Shown here in pieces: positions 1-15,221 of a stretch of 64,000 nucleotides of DNA. The DNA is from Octopus sinensis (taxonomy: Eukaryota): positions 129,890,001 through 129,954,000 of the forward strand of contig NC_042998.1 of NCBI RefSeq assembly GCF_006345805.1. Reading direction: 5' to 3'. The translations under genes and the position numbers were made by a program. The notes under the pieces were generated by a model. It had not been told where the DNA came from. It did no database searches and was given only the letters and a program-made list of their open reading frames with translations. Position 1 is the stretch's first letter. Each line of letters opens with the position of its first letter.

Positions 1-49
1 ACGTGCACGCACGGTTCTATCTATATGTCTACTACTTTCTTTTGTATAT

Positions 50-87
50 ACATACATACATACATACATATATATATATATATATTA

Positions 88-142
<55 letters not shown>

Positions 143-188
143 GATAGATAGATAGATAGATACATACATACATACATACATACATACA

Positions 189-224
<36 letters not shown>

Positions 225-232
225 TATATATA
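50..232. repeat. Compound microsatellite (TACA)n/(TA)n/(TAGA)n
   Basis: Directly visible; representative of dozens of similar tracts in the window. Confidence 0.97.
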
Positions 233-780
233 AACCTACACATATATGCAATGAAAACATAGCGAGTGACTGTGATTCAGAAGTTTCCCCAGTAAGTGCT
301 TTACGGACATTTTTGTTTTGTAACACTGTGTGCTAAGATGTTGCGCGTGAAATTTTAAAACCAGAATTACTTTCTATTTCTACCTAAATTCTAATAGATT
401 ATTCAGCCTCTCTTCGTATAACTGTATCTCCAGTATTCATTAGCACATGACTACAAAATAATTATTCATTATATTGTATTTATTGTATATAAGTATAATT
501 CAATTCGCATTTACACTTCGAAGCTATTCCTCAGTAAACGCTAACAATATATTTCACAACGATTATATGCAGATGGGACTTCAATATCCCAGTTAAAACT
601 TCCTAATTTATGGTTCCTACTGCTGACAAATTCTTGAAAGATATCGTAAAATGCCATGGCTAGAATTTGAGTTCAATCACCTCAGGAACCGGCATCCAAT
701 AATATAATTGAATGCCGATTTTGTTTTAAGTAATGTACTCAAATGCAAATACTCACATGTATATACAGGATGTGTACATG

Positions 781-869
<89 letters not shown>

Positions 870-1010
870 GTCTCTCTGTCTGTGTGCGCGCGAGCACACA
901 CACACCACACACAAACATACACACACACATATATATAAATATATATATATATATATCTACCTATCTGCAAATCTATGTTTGAGTATATATATGTATATAT
1001 ATATATATGC

Positions 1011-1207
1011 ATAGGAGTGGCTGTGTGGTGAATAGCTTGCTTACGAACCTCATGCTTCCGGGTTGAGTCCCACTGCGTGGCACCTTGAGCAAGTGTCTTC
1101 TGCTATAGCCTAGGGCCGACAAAAGCCTTATGAATGGAATTGGTAGAGGGAAACTGAAAGAAGCTCGTCATATATATGTATATATATATATATATATATA
1201 TGTGAGT

Positions 1208-1248
<41 letters not shown>

Positions 1249-1422
1249 TGTATATGTTTCTGTGTGTTTAGGTCCCTGTAATCTAGCGGTTCGGCAAAAG
1301 AGACCGATAGAATAAGTATTAGGCTTACAAAGAATAAGTTCTGAGGTTAATTTGCTCGACTAAAAAGCGGTGCTCCAGCATGGCACAGTCAAATGACTGA
1401 AAAAAGTAAAAGAGTAAAAGAG
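1011..1422 (+). mobile_element. tRNA-headed composite SINE (family A) with internal TA/TG microsatellite
   Basis: Head GGAGTGGCTGTGTGG..GGTTGAGTCCC (Pol III A/B-box-like), body CCTTGAGCAAGTGTCTTCT, tail GCGGTGCTCCAGCATGGC..(GTAAAAGA)n; homologous copies at 21840 and 35301. Confidence 0.85.
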
Positions 1423-2699
1423 TATATACAAATGTATATAGATATATGTAAGTACACATATATATATACACGCACACATTTATATATCTTATCGTATGTG
1501 TGTATGTGTATGTTTCTGTGTGTTTGTGTATGTATATGTCTTTGCGTATAAACATATACATTAATATGGAAAGAATAGAATATAGAAGCGTTCACTTTTA
1601 TATTAATAACTATGGAACACTTGTGGGAATATTATCTGTATGAACTTCAAGGGCTAGTTTTACTTATAGAATTATTAATTTACCGATACTGTTTTTGTTT
1701 ATAGGGTAAATGTGCTTCTTTTGTTGTAATTTAATTAATAATGCTAGTGTTTGATCCTTTCTCGAATTAAGATTGAATGAATGTGGCGATATCTAAGGTA
1801 TGTTTGTTCCGAAACAACACTTATTTTAGTACTGTTGACACCGCCGGATTGCATGGTACTGCCCAGGTGTCGAAACCATAGTGGTATCCGTGGGGCAGCT
1901 GAAGATGGAGGTTGGTATGGTTGTTATTGTATGTGTGGAATAGTTTTCTAAGACATTCATTTGATATATATGCATGCAAATATATATGTGTGTGTGTGTG
2001 TGTGTGTGCGTGTGTGTGTGTGCGTGTGTGTGTGTGTGTGTGAATATAAATTTACATATTTTTATATATCTCTGCACTTCTTATAAATACCACCATATTT
2101 ACATACATACCCTCATACATACACACACATACACACATATATATGCACACACACGCACATATAGTTATATATATTTATGTGTATGTATATATGGTATATA
2201 CATATGCATGTATGCGCTTATGTAAATATTTTGATTGGATTGGTATAAGGAAGTATTTATAGATAATTGTAGCGACGTGCATTATTTGAATAATCTTACT
2301 CAATAGATAAATACAGTACAAAGTAAAAATAGAAATATAAGGAAATCCCTCTCAAAATTTAAAAAAAATGTTTCTGAGATTATCGTATAACTTGAAAATA
2401 GAATTATGTCATATCTTGCCCATTGCTAACGTTATAATATATTATCGCATATAATTTCTACTCGCTATAATGCTTGTATTGTTAATATTGTAATTTCCTT
2501 TTATGTTTCTGATAAAATTATCCTCTTAACCGTCCTTCTTCGTCGAAGAACACCGGACAAACTGTCTTGCGCACTACCTGCGCTGAAATCACATCTTGTA
2601 TATCTTTTCTCTTTGTAAATCTATAGTGGATATAATGAACGTTACTGAAGAATGCTACCTGCCTCACCTAAAATCCAGTAGGCTGTGACAATATTGGTC

Positions 2700-2906
2700 T
2701 CTAATTTTGGCACAAGGCTAGTTATTTGGGATGGTTGGGCTAGTCCATTACATCGACACTAGTGCACAACTGGTACTTATTTTATCATTACCACCAAAGG
2801 ATGAATGGCAAAGTTAAACTCGGCGGAATTTTAAGTCAGAACAAAGATAGACAAAATGCCGCTATCCATTTTTCCCAACGTGCTAACGGTACTACCAGCT
2901 CACCGC
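2700..2906 (-). mobile_element. SINE family B, degenerate
   Basis: Reverse complement matches the copy at 28806 (GGCGGCGAGCTGGCAG..GAGTTCAAATTCCGCCGAGGTCGA..CATCC..AAGTAC). Confidence 0.75.
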
Positions 2907-3264
2907 TTCATGCTGTGGCAATTGAAAATCAGCATTAGTGTTATTAAGTAATCCTAAAAATCTGGCAAAACCCATATCACTCCCACAAACTTGTGCTAAG
3001 GCTTCAAGTTGAGTTCAATTTACACCGAATATAAATTATTTCTGCCTTGCGCATTTGACAACATAAGTAATAGTAGCCAAATCAAACCAATTAATTAGAT
3101 TCCTTGCTTTCCCGCCAAATTCAGGGCTCCTGTATCTAAACATAATAATTTGGTATTAATCATGTTTTATTTTGGAAGTCAAAATATCTCTCACCCGCTG
3201 TGTTCCTCACTGTTTTTGCTGTGTAGCTATACGTATGGATACAAGCATCCACATCCACACACAC

Positions 3265-3346
<82 letters not shown>

Positions 3347-3674
3347 GTTCACCCATCACGTTTCCCCTATCGCGGTTTATTATTTAAGCTTACGTCATCC
3401 GTGGCGTTGTTTTGCATTTATAATAAAACAGATGTATACAGATTATGAAAATGCTTTAAAAGATATACAGTACAGTATTGTTTCTACTTCGTGGGCTTTC
3501 AGCTATTGCGAGGGTTTTGGAACGCAATACCCGTGATAGTCGTGGGATTACTGAGTATATGCAACAACATATGCAAACATTTTTGCTTTTGGTTTTGGAA
3601 GCGTGGAATGTGTACGGTATCGTAGAGACGAGAAAAAAAGTTTGTTTACATATGTTGTTGCATTACAAAAGAAG

Positions 3675-3707
<33 letters not shown>

Positions 3708-3711
<4 letters not shown>

Positions 3712-3909
3712 ATCCAAACAAGAAAACAAAAAATACAACAACGCAAGGACGTGGAACAAATAAAGTATTATTGGACGCTCAGGAAAGAAGGGAAGAAGGA
3801 GGGTTTAACGTTTCGAGCGGAGCTCTTCGTCGGAAACATAGGAGAAGGAAAGATCCCGAGAAGGGAAGACAGAGGAAAAAAATCGCCAGTGGTACTCACG
3901 AGGTCACAT
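3708..3909 (-). mobile_element. Short PLE-terminus-like element embedded in (TA)n, carrying a hammerhead-like motif
   Basis: About 200 bp of unique sequence between TA tracts; the minus strand contains CCGACGAAGAGCTCCGCTCGAAACGTT. Confidence 0.55.
3803..3837 (-). ncRNA. Minimal type I hammerhead-like motif, U4C core
   Basis: GTTT-CCGACGA-A-GAGC/tcc/GCTC-GAAA-CG-T-T-AAAC on the minus strand. Confidence 0.5.
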
Positions 3910-3956
3910 ATTGAAAATATATACATATATATATATATATATATACATGTATATAA

Positions 3957-4007
<51 letters not shown>

Positions 4008-4109
4008 CATGTATATAAATATATATAAATATATATACATATATAAATATATATATATATAAACATATATTATATATATATATATAGCTTCTAAATGACA
4101 GGAATTATA

Positions 4110-4190
4110 GTTAGCGGGTAGATTACCTTATTTGGAAGAGTACTCAGCCGGTATCTGGGAGTTGCGGATTCGAGTCCAGTGGCTGGCTGC
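4110..4190 (+). pseudogene. tRNA-like remnant or SINE head
   Basis: Stem CTCAG/CTGGG (4143-4159) with a 7-nt loop, then B-box-like GGATTCGAGTCC; no acceptor stem forms. Confidence 0.3.
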
Positions 4191-4433
4191 AGACCACTTT
4201 TCCATCATATAAGGGAAAAATACCCAATCTTTCTGCTGTTTTAATGGCTATACTGCTTTCGAAATGCTACGTTCTCGCCTATATGATATATATATATATA
4301 ATCATGCAAGAATGTATGATGCTATATGTACTCATGCTTTGCATATTCAATTTAGGAACCGCTGTTAGCCTATAGTTAATGTTTTAAGCGGCATTGTATA
4401 TATAACATAAAATAGCAAAAGTATTTACTCATT

Positions 4434-4772
4434 ATTACCTACGCTTTAGCGAAGGCGAATGTATTGTTCTCAGTCATGTTTGTTTGCCCGTGGACAAGAT
4501 ATCTCAAGATGGATTCGGATGAAACTTTCAAAGATGTTTGGTCTCGTGACTGACATGAACTTATTAAATTTTGGGATCGATCTGTACCGGACAAGAATTC
4601 TAGATTATTTTTCCGCTTTTATTACTTAATTTTTGAGGTTCATTTTTAGTACTCTCGTTTGTGAGAGCAGTCGAGTTTATTTCAGATATTCTCATTTTAA
4701 AAATCATCTCCGGCTAATCGTTGAGAGGACGCTGGTGTTACGTTGGTGGAGGTTTACGCTCTCTGAGTGCTC
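4434..4772 (+). mobile_element. Non-autonomous Helentron-like (HINE/DINE-1-type) element
   Basis: Starts ATTACCTACGC and ends GTTGGTGGAGGTTTACGCTCTCTGAGTGCT, resembling the ATTACCTCCGCC...GGCGGAGGT..CGCTCTCTGAGTGC termini of such elements; recognised from memory. Confidence 0.55.
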
Positions 4773-6812
4773 ATGATTATAGCACGGTACTTTGATACGT
4801 ATATTAGTCATATCTTCTAAGGTGAATTTAAAACGTGAACATCAGTAGGTTTTTAATCACCATTTTTTAAATATCGATTCAAATATTGCCGAAAGAATTA
4901 CGAATTTTTTTGCAGCAGATGCATTTTCGTATTCGCTAGAAGACAGAACACTTAAGAAAAAAAGTAGGAAAAATATTCAGCACTGGAATCGTTTTTTTCA
5001 TTAAAACCAAAATCTTCTTCGTGCGTGGGTGTAGGAATATTTTGCTAAGTTGAAAAATAGTTTACACGGAGTAAATTATTTAGCAGCAGGAAATATTTCT
5101 CGAGGGAAGACAACACACCTAAGCAACTCCTGAATATTTGTGAAAAGATTTCTATTGTGAATTATCGTCAGATATCTTGAAATGATTAATCATCTCATAG
5201 TTACACAACTCACGAATATTTAGTTGTGCTTACTATGGGGTGAATATCAAAATGCATACGCATAGCCAAGAGAATGAAGCATGATGTGAATGATATTTAT
5301 TTTCTCAAGCCAGAAATGGGAAAAAGGTAAGTCGGCGAAGTCGAGATTTGAAATTGGAGCATCAAGTGATGTAAATAAAAAATTCATACATTGTCTATCT
5401 TACTAAAATTACGGACACTCCGGATAATGAAGAAGAAGGAAAACAAGAGGGGATGGTCCTAGTTAAAGAAATTTGATCAATAGTTTACTCAGACAACGCT
5501 GACACGTTCGTAAGGAGGAAAGCAGCATAAGAAACCACAGGTGCGGGTGTTCAAACAGACACTACGCTACGAAAACGAATAACAATTTCAAACTCAGTAG
5601 TGTGCGAACTACGAGAAGCCATCAACGCGTACTAGACTCTGGTAGAGGCAACATCCGATAGAGTGTTCCACTCTACATGCCTTTATAGTACAGTTAGACT
5701 AGTTTGTTGCCTTTGTCATAGTATATCTCTATGACTGTGATTTAAATATGTTCACACGCATTTCATTTCCATTGCATTAAAAATTATATTTGTCTCTGTA
5801 ATCTCCTAGTTGGAACCCACTCCAATCACACACACGCGCACACTTGTATATTACATATACTTATACATATATACATAGACACGTATACATATTACACACA
5901 CACACACACACACATTCTTCAGTCATACAATTTCCCCACATTTCTTCATCTACAATATAACCGCACTAACCCCAATCTTCCATTCATTTCCCATTTCTAA
6001 CTGGCAGCCTTCGTTTATTCTGAAAACGTCTTTAAGCACTCGGAATCCTACTTCTCTCCGTTTCGCACACCACTGCAAAAGTAAAATAATATAAAATTAT
6101 TAATAAAAAAAATATACAAAATGAAGCATTATACATAATAAAGATAGAGTAAATGTAACTGACTGACATAATTGAAACATCGTTATCGTCTTGACGAGTA
6201 TCCTCCCCTCTCTCTTACTGTCGCTATATTAACTACCTCTTTCATTCTTACGTGATTATCTAATTTACTTTAAGTTGCCATTACATAACGTCCAGCCAAA
6301 TTTACTTGGCTTCTGTTCCATTCATTTTGGCTTCTTACTCCATATTTCACTGAAATTTTCAATTTATCAAATGCAGGCCTAATCGAAGAATATTCAGTTC
6401 AAACAAAACCACTTAATGGATTTGAAAATCTCTGCTTTAGAAACAGTATTGACGGATAACGAAATTATCCAGAATTATCTTCTCTGCACATGCCACATTG
6501 TTCGTTCTTTGATTCGCACCCAATCCGCACCCGCTTTACTTCCCATTATATTTCCATTGCACACCAGAGTTGCTATCTTTTCGTTACAAGCAAGAAATAT
6601 TGATTCCAGTTCACTAAGTCTCAGGTTTGCGGCCTAACAGAAATAGGATGTTGTGGATTTCTTGCCTTTCTCAAAGAGATCGAAGAAAAACAGAATAGAG
6701 ATGCATTTTTTTAATAATTCATCATGTCATTATCAGGATTTTGCCCGTCATAAAATTTTCTAGCTTTTTTCTTCCATTCGCCTTTGATCTTCTTCTTCTC
6801 CTTCTGTCGTCG

Positions 6813-6922
6813 TCATCGTCACAGTTACCGTCGCCGTCGTCATCATCATCATCGTCATAATCGTAAACATCATCATCATCATCATCATCATCGTCGTCGT
6901 CATCATCATCAACATCATCATC
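6813..6922. repeat. (CAT/CGT)n trinucleotide tract
   Basis: Directly visible; source of the poly-D and poly-M pseudo-ORFs. Confidence 0.95.
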
Positions 6923-7161
6923 GCAATCCCCAATAAAACTACCACTGACTCCCAAAATTTCTTCAGGGCAAAGAAACAAAAATGAGATATTGTAAGCGGG
7001 AATAATCTCTTATTCATTGAAATTTCCTCGAATATTCATACTCAGATGGAATTTAGCATATAAATGAGAAGGGACCATAATAATATTACTAATATAATTC
7101 TTTATACAATGGGCTTAATTGGTCCTGTAATTTATAGAGTGAATTCATAAGCTTAATGGAA

Positions 7162-7217
<56 letters not shown>

Positions 7218-7234
7218 GAATGTATGGATGTATA

Positions 7235-7266
<32 letters not shown>

Positions 7267-7639
7267 TATATTATATGTGCTTAAAATACTGTGTCTGTGT
7301 GTATGCGTGTCTTTGTGTGTGATTATGTGAGTGAATGTATAGCTACATATAATTTATGAGATACATTTTAAGACAAAAGTTATCCCGATTTAATCACATA
7401 ATCATATACAACTTTAAAACGTAGTAGTGTTCACCAGCATTCACAGCATATATTGCTATAGCAGAAGCAACGAAACCCGAGACCCTTGTGCGTTAGCATT
7501 TATAAAACTAGTTACAATTCGAAGGGCTGCGGGTTTATATGGGTTTATATCGAGAGGATATATTTTAACTTGCTCATTCGCTAATCTCTCTTTCTCTCTC
7601 TCTCTCACTCCTTCTCTCTCTCTCCCTCTCTCTCTCTAT

Positions 7640-7871
7640 ATATATATATTTATATATATATATATGTATATATATATATGTATATATAGATAGATATATA
7701 CACACATGCATCCATACATATATATATATATAAATATACGTATATACATGCATATATATATATATATATATATATACATACATATATATATATATATATA
7801 TACATACATATATACATATATACATATATACATACATACATATACATATATACATATATACATACACACAC

Positions 7872-7939
<68 letters not shown>

Positions 7940-7945
7940 CATATA
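7640..7945. repeat. Long degenerate (TA)n/(TACA)n tract
   Basis: Directly visible. Confidence 0.95.
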
Positions 7946-9267
7946 TCAGGAATCAGGAAGATAGATTTTGTGCAGGTAAAAATGTAAATTATTCTAACAC
8001 ATATTCCAGAAGACGTAGGTCTATTGTGGCCTAATATATAGAGAGCAAACGAAAGAAGGAAAAAATTATGATGAAAAATAACCAGAAAAGTCGTTAGCTT
8101 ATGCAATCAGACGAAATAGTTTAGATATAATTACTCCGTTAGATTTGATAATTGTAGAAAATAGTACGATGAACTCTTGATTTTCTTACGTGATACGCAT
8201 CCCAAATACGTTCTAGTAACAAATATGCACTACAATTTCAAGTACCTGTAGCCTCTACATTTAAGCATTGCTGCATTTTCTGAATTTTCCCTGATCCCCG
8301 AATTATTTCACTTAGGCATTTGAACCTGATTAAGCACATTGCGATAAGAGTGTTTAATAAACATCTACATTTTTAAAACCTAAGTCATATATTAACAGAA
8401 ATTTTCTAACTATGATACATAAACTTTTCCTCATTGATCATTGATCATTGTTACAGACTCGTTTTCAATAGTGGAATGCTGTTGTACAAATAAATGAAAG
8501 ATAACTCGCAAGTCACCCAGTTAAGGGAAGCTATGTATACAAATATTAATTCTAATGAATTCTCCATTCTCCCTCGAACAGACATGTACTTCCGAACCAA
8601 TAAAATGAAAAAGAAATTAGTTCACCTAGAATGACTCACTACAATGGCATGTAAGAAGGCAGACTTAAGCAAGTTACTTCGGCCGCGAAAATCATTTAGA
8701 GGCAGAAGAATAGCAAGCAAAAAAGAAAAAAATATTACAGAGTTATATTTACCTCGTAAGTGAGCGTGAAGGTAAATAGATAAATCGATCGACATAGTTA
8801 CGCTTTCGTCTTTTAAACCTAACTAACTTAGCAGGAGTATATATTTATGCTGGTAAACTTACATTATAATTTATTCATGACCTTAGAATATATCATAAAT
8901 TACTTTCCAGATTCATGCTGCACCAGCAAATCCATTCCTTTTAAAACAGAGAAACAAACAAGCAGATAAATACCTATGATTAAAAGCCATAAACAAAATG
9001 ATAAAACTATATAAATTCATAAAAATCTATATCGGAAGCAAATCCATTCTGCAAAATGTAAACTGCAGGAAATATAATCTAATTCTAACATACACACAAC
9101 GTAGGCACATATAAGCATCTATCATACACACTCACACGCATACAACAAATATACATACATGCATTCTCATTCGCATATACACACATATACATATATATTT
9201 ACACACACGTGTATATAATATATGTATACATATATATATACATATAATATTTATATATATATATATA

Positions 9268-9306
<39 letters not shown>

Positions 9307-9308
9307 TA

Positions 9309-9375
<67 letters not shown>

Positions 9376-12300
9376 CATATATGCACATAAGTATATGTGT
9401 GCGCGCGTGTGTGTGTGTATACAAATGAATATACACTTGTATATTGAAATAAAATATAGAAATACTTCCAGTCGTCAACAAAATAAGAAAATATTTTTAT
9501 ATTATTATCGAAACATATTTTGTTTACAAATGTAGCAAAAATCAATTCATATTACGAAGTAAATAATACTCTCACGAGGTGGATGAGAAAGAGGAGGTGA
9601 GGAGGAAAAGACGATGATAGAAATATTAAATACGACAACAATAAAAATAAATAATTCCATAACAAAATAAAATAAATTCATTTATATAATGAAACAAATA
9701 AAGCTCCTTTCCTCCTTTGTATGAAACAATGTTTTATTCTTTATCCTGGAAGATAACTTCAGCTTTATATTTTATAAGCTATGATGAACCAAAAGCTATA
9801 AACGTATTCTCATAGTTTGCATTGCATGGAAAGCAAGTCTTTACTACTTAGCCTCAAGGACGCAATATGTATAAAGAAATGAGAATGAAGTTACTCTTAC
9901 TTTTATGAATGATAAATATAGTATTAAAATGTAAATTGAATTGCTATTTAACATCCTGCGTATTAACATTAACAATTGGAGTACTCAGTATAGATACCAA
10001 AAGCAGTGCGTCGCACTTTTGTTCCGAGTTCTAAGTTTAATTTCAAAGTTCATCTTTTAGTGTAATATTAGTCATGCTTTGACCTTGTTTGGAAATTCCC
10101 AAGGTTAATATTTCAACAGATTTCATTAATATATTGGAATCGATTCCGAAGAATATACTTTTAGTTGGTGGGTTGTTTCAGAAAATAATGAACATTAAAT
10201 GATAAATCAATATGAAAAATATTAGAGCTCATTAACGCAAACGGTCATTAGTTTCGGCCATTTGTATTCTTAATTCACATTCTCATCAAACAGTTCATTT
10301 TCGTCTCCACTTCCGAAACTGCCGAAAGACATGCATCACTAATAACACAGAATTAAGTCAATTAGATATAATGTTTCTCTAAAATGACATCTTTTTTTTT
10401 TTCAGAAATACAAAAACTATATTTAAAATTTCCGCAAATCGGGACTAGTAGCTTGTTTCAATTCACTGTTCGGGGATATTTACATGAATTGTTCTATTGA
10501 TGCAAGTGGAGAAGGGATATTATGAAGATCACCGTATTTCATATTTATTATTTTCTTACGATGCATAAAAAAGAATAATCTCAATCGGAATCAACATGAA
10601 TTCCACAGAACAAGAAGCTTGAAAAATGAATCCCTTAGGTAGATTCTTTATTGAAGGAATTGAACTTTAGATAGCGCAGTTACTTCGGAAGATGATGATT
10701 ACAAAATGTCATTACTTTCTACTATTTCAGATACAACAATAAAAACTTTAAAATTATTTCTGTTGTTGTTTAGTTGTGAAACGACAGTGTAGAACAGTTA
10801 CGGCACTGCAGGATGAATTTTGCTGGATTCAGAAAGAAAGATTTGACGACGTACAATAACAGTATTTTTCATAATGTGATTGATAAGTGGTGACAGATTA
10901 ATTAATGACGATAAAAATTTTATTTCAATAATAAAATTGAAATTTTAACTAGGTGAAAATGTATCTAGTTGATGTAAATGAAAATTAAAAATATAAGGAT
11001 TCCTGACAGTTTCACCGAGCAAACACACTTTCTGAATATAGCAAAGATTGTACCTTAAAAATCAGCAAGCCCGTATCTTAGAGATAATTCAGGCCTCTAC
11101 AACTACAAACCTGTTATAAAGTATAATTATATCGAATAATGCGACTAATGTTCGGATTAATATATATATATATTGTAGATCGCATCCGACCGAAAGGTTA
11201 TAAGATTAATTGCCACAAGATCATTTATAAATATGGTCCAGTTTCTAGCTCATATTGTTGCTGTCTTTTCACTCCCCTATGTCTTCTTTTACAGCATTGT
11301 CCTCTGCTTGTCGGAGACCCCAAAAATGAGGATTAAATGGGAATTTTATCTATAGTATTTAAACGATTCGGCATTTTGATTATTATAACTTTGAAAGGTA
11401 TCTATAATTGGTGCGTGTATGGTATATTAACTTGTACGAATCTGAGAAAGTGAGAACACATTTTTCAAACTGCCTTTCTGATGCAGACTTTTAGGTGAAA
11501 ATGTGTCAAATTTAATCTGTTTTATTACTGAAGAGAGCCAAATTAAAGTGGACCAAATTAATTGGCTACTTGGTACGCGTTAGGGAAAAAGTGGCATTGT
11601 AATTATAATTTGTTATGTGAATTAACTGAAGTATATGGACATTAAATGAAATGTTTTTATGTTTTACGCACATTTTATCACACAATAGGTTAGAAAGGAA
11701 AGAAATGTGAGATATCTATCTTAACATTTAGATCATAAAGGAAATTATTCCTTTGTGGCTTGTCCTGTATTCAAGAGCAAGAAGGAAATTTGATTTCTTT
11801 CTGAATTTCCAATGAAATATTGTCTGCATGCAGTAATTGACACATATTCTGTCACATTTCTACAGCATTTTTTTTATTATTATCGTCATTGTAATTATTG
11901 GTGGTGTTATTTGTGTGGTGACGGTGATGGTGTAGAAGACTAGCGCTCTACATTTCATCTCCGACAAAAAAAATATAACAAATTGTTACAAGATTTTTTT
12001 TGCTTCTCGAATTTTCAATAATTGGTACAATAAGTTATACCTATATTACATGAATTTAAATAATTATTTGCTTCAGTAATCTGGAATAAAATAATAACAG
12101 AGTAGTGGAGTATGTGGGTGAATGTGTATATATTGTAAGCAATCGTTACCTTCATTAATCGTTCGGAACATTTCAACTACGCACACACACACTCTCTCTC
12201 TTTCTTCCCTGTCTGAATGTATATATGTATATATTAATATCACTATACATCCATTTCAGACAATTTTGCATGTGCAGCCAAGTAAACAATTGAAGTGTTC

Positions 12301-12381
12301 TCCAATCGCCTATTCTTCACATTTATATTTACCGACCATGCCCGAAGGGAAGCATACACATGCACACAAACAAACACAGAC

Positions 12382-12436
<55 letters not shown>

Positions 12437-15188
12437 TATACAACTACCTGTTTATTTCTCTTTCGCTGACTATCTGCAATAAGTTTGATAAGAATTTTGT
12501 GAGTGAAATGCGGAAAAAATGTAATAACCACGAAATCAATTTAGCAAAGTATTGTCAGACCCATTTTATATCTCTTTGTGGAATATTCTTCAATTACATT
12601 AGAGAAATTCCCATGGTTGGAAATATCCACATCTCTCTTGATACCTGATTGGCTAACAGCTCTAGACTCCATGAATGTCGTTGGCAAGCCTTATGATTAA
12701 CTCGACTGTTCAACGAAATAAAGCAATTATTGATACGTGCTGTAATAATCAATGCAGAGGCATCTTCCTGCCTGTATGATGTTAAGGAATTGTTCGACAT
12801 TGATTGCGAATGAATATGTGTATGTATATGCCTGTGTGTCATTGAATGAATGTCTTTATTATGTGTGTATGCGTGTATACGTGTATATTTTCAGTGACGA
12901 TACTAGTCTTTTAACCTACTAAGCTCTCTGTCTTTAACATAACAAAATTTGAATTATGAGATTTTAACGTTGTTTTCCTAGTACAGAATTTGTAATAGAA
13001 AGCTATTGATATTATTGTTACTGTGGTTTAACCACAAACTATCTTTAACTCCCCTATGTTCAGCTATGAGTATAGTATGTTGTGACTGAAGGACCCATGG
13101 TTGTTATTTCTAACGGGTTAATTTAATAACAGTATATCTCTTGATGTATCTACCGTATTACAAGCTAAACCTTGCAGTAGTCCATACAGAGTTACTTATA
13201 CGAATTCAGGAACTGATACTTGTGGTATTAAAAGCACAATGCATAGATGAAAAATATATGAATACATACAAATAGACTTAGGATAACTCACACTTTAGAT
13301 TAGAACCTATCTGCCAAACTTTCCAGCGTTGGACTCTTTAAAATGTATTGAATAAGTTATTCATATTGGAGCATGTCTATGACCATAACGTAGTAATTAC
13401 AGCAATCGTGGTTAGTTTCTTGAGAAAACGTCATAAATATTAAATAAAATAACGCTTAGAATAATATTCTAATAAAACACATGATGTACCCCTGTGATGT
13501 ATCTCATACGGAAGATAATCCCATTTAGATTAAGTTAAGGGTAGTTGGGTTTGGAAGATTGGAATTTAAATCAAAAAGTAAAGAAGAAAGTGTACACAAT
13601 ATGGGCATTTAATAATTGTTTTTTCTACACATTATAAATATCTTTAAATTTCTAGTCGTTGGTAGCCATGTTAGTTCTATTTCATCTTTGATTGGAATCG
13701 TCAGTACATCAGAAGTCAGACATTTTACAAAGTTGGATACGTCTCATGGAGAGAAAATATTTTACAGTTTAAAAAGCATTCGAGAAAGGTGTTTTTTTGT
13801 GACTCATGATACATGAAGCATTCTGTGAGGGGAGAGAGAGAGAGAGAGAAAGTGGGGAGAGAAAGAAAAGGAGAGAGAGAAAGAGAGAGTATGTATGAGT
13901 GTGTGTGAGTGTGCGTGTGCGAGTGTGTGTATGTGTGTGTGTGTATATGATGAATTTCTCAAAACAAAACTTCATGTTTCCAAATCTGTAATTATCTGTA
14001 CTTTAGAGTAGGCCGAACAACAAAGAAGAGGCTGTTTGGTTGATTAATGAATAAAGTCCCATAGGGTCCAATACACGTTTACTTGTCAATAGTTCGATGT
14101 CAAAAAAACTTTCGATTATTAAATAGGTGGCCACAGTAAAGATAATAGAAATAATTATCTGAAACGTTTGGATATTTTATTTAACTTTTGAAATGTTATG
14201 TCTAACGTACAAAGATTGAAATAATGAATTCATTGCAGTAATTAAATGACACAAATTGATTCATTCTGGTAGATCATGAGTATACAATGATAGTGTAGTT
14301 GTAATACAAACTACCCTCACTGAAGTTAACATCGATATTCACTTCATGTTAAAGGATTAACAACTGTGGGATAAGTTTTGTGCTATAAGCCTCCTATTCA
14401 GCCCAACTTTAATTCTCTCGTCCATTTTCCACTATCCAACCTCTGTCTTCCCCTTCCTATGAACTCACACTTCGAATTTTTACCTGTTTTACTTACAAAA
14501 CTAAATGTAGGTGACGAGTGCCTTTTTTTTTACAAGCGATGTAGAGGCGATATTTCAACACGTTACCTGCACCCATAAAATAAAACAGAAGGACCACTCT
14601 ATTTATGACGATGTTAACGGTAAAGAAGTCGACGATGATGATGATGGAGATGATCAATATCATTATTATAATCCATGTCGTTCTCCTCTTTCCCTCCTCC
14701 TCCTCCTCCACTTACTCATCATCATCATCATCGTCATCGTCTGGTTTGTTGTCATTGTCGTCACCCTGACGGTGGTCATAGCGGTCATCTTTGATTTAGC
14801 CATCGTCAAGGGTGCGATCGTATGTTGTTGTTGGTGGTGGTGGTATCGGCAGTGGTGGTCATTATCTTGATCATTACAAGATACAACTGCCGTATCCATA
14901 ACACCGCCGTTCATATAACTACAGAGATTCATATATGGGTATGTGTGTGTGTGTTTTAAATAAATTTAACATATACCTGCTCATACAAGACCCGCATTAG
15001 ACTCCTCACTGGTATCATTATCGAACCAACCGTTTAACTACGGTCCTTCCATAGCACTTACATAGAATTACCTGCAACCTTGGGTCTTCTAGATACCGAT
15101 ATTTCTCTCCCTCCCTCCCCCCCGCTCTCTCTCTCTATATATATATACATATACACATACACACACATATTTATATGTCCACACACAC

Positions 15189-15221
<33 letters not shown>

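Noticed and set aside
3527-3556. Helitron-like 3' hairpin CCCGTGA/TCGTGGG
   Set aside because: Relies on two G-T pairs, the CTRR-T end is imperfect and no matching 5' end was found
10393-10860. Possible host exons (polyT-CAG acceptors at 10406 and 10730, GT at 10639)
   Set aside because: No convincing reading frame; such sites are frequent in AT-rich DNA and need RNA-seq
13033-13085. let-7-like TGAGTATAGTATGTTGTG in a loose hairpin
   Set aside because: Seed differs, it lies on the 3' arm and pairing is poor
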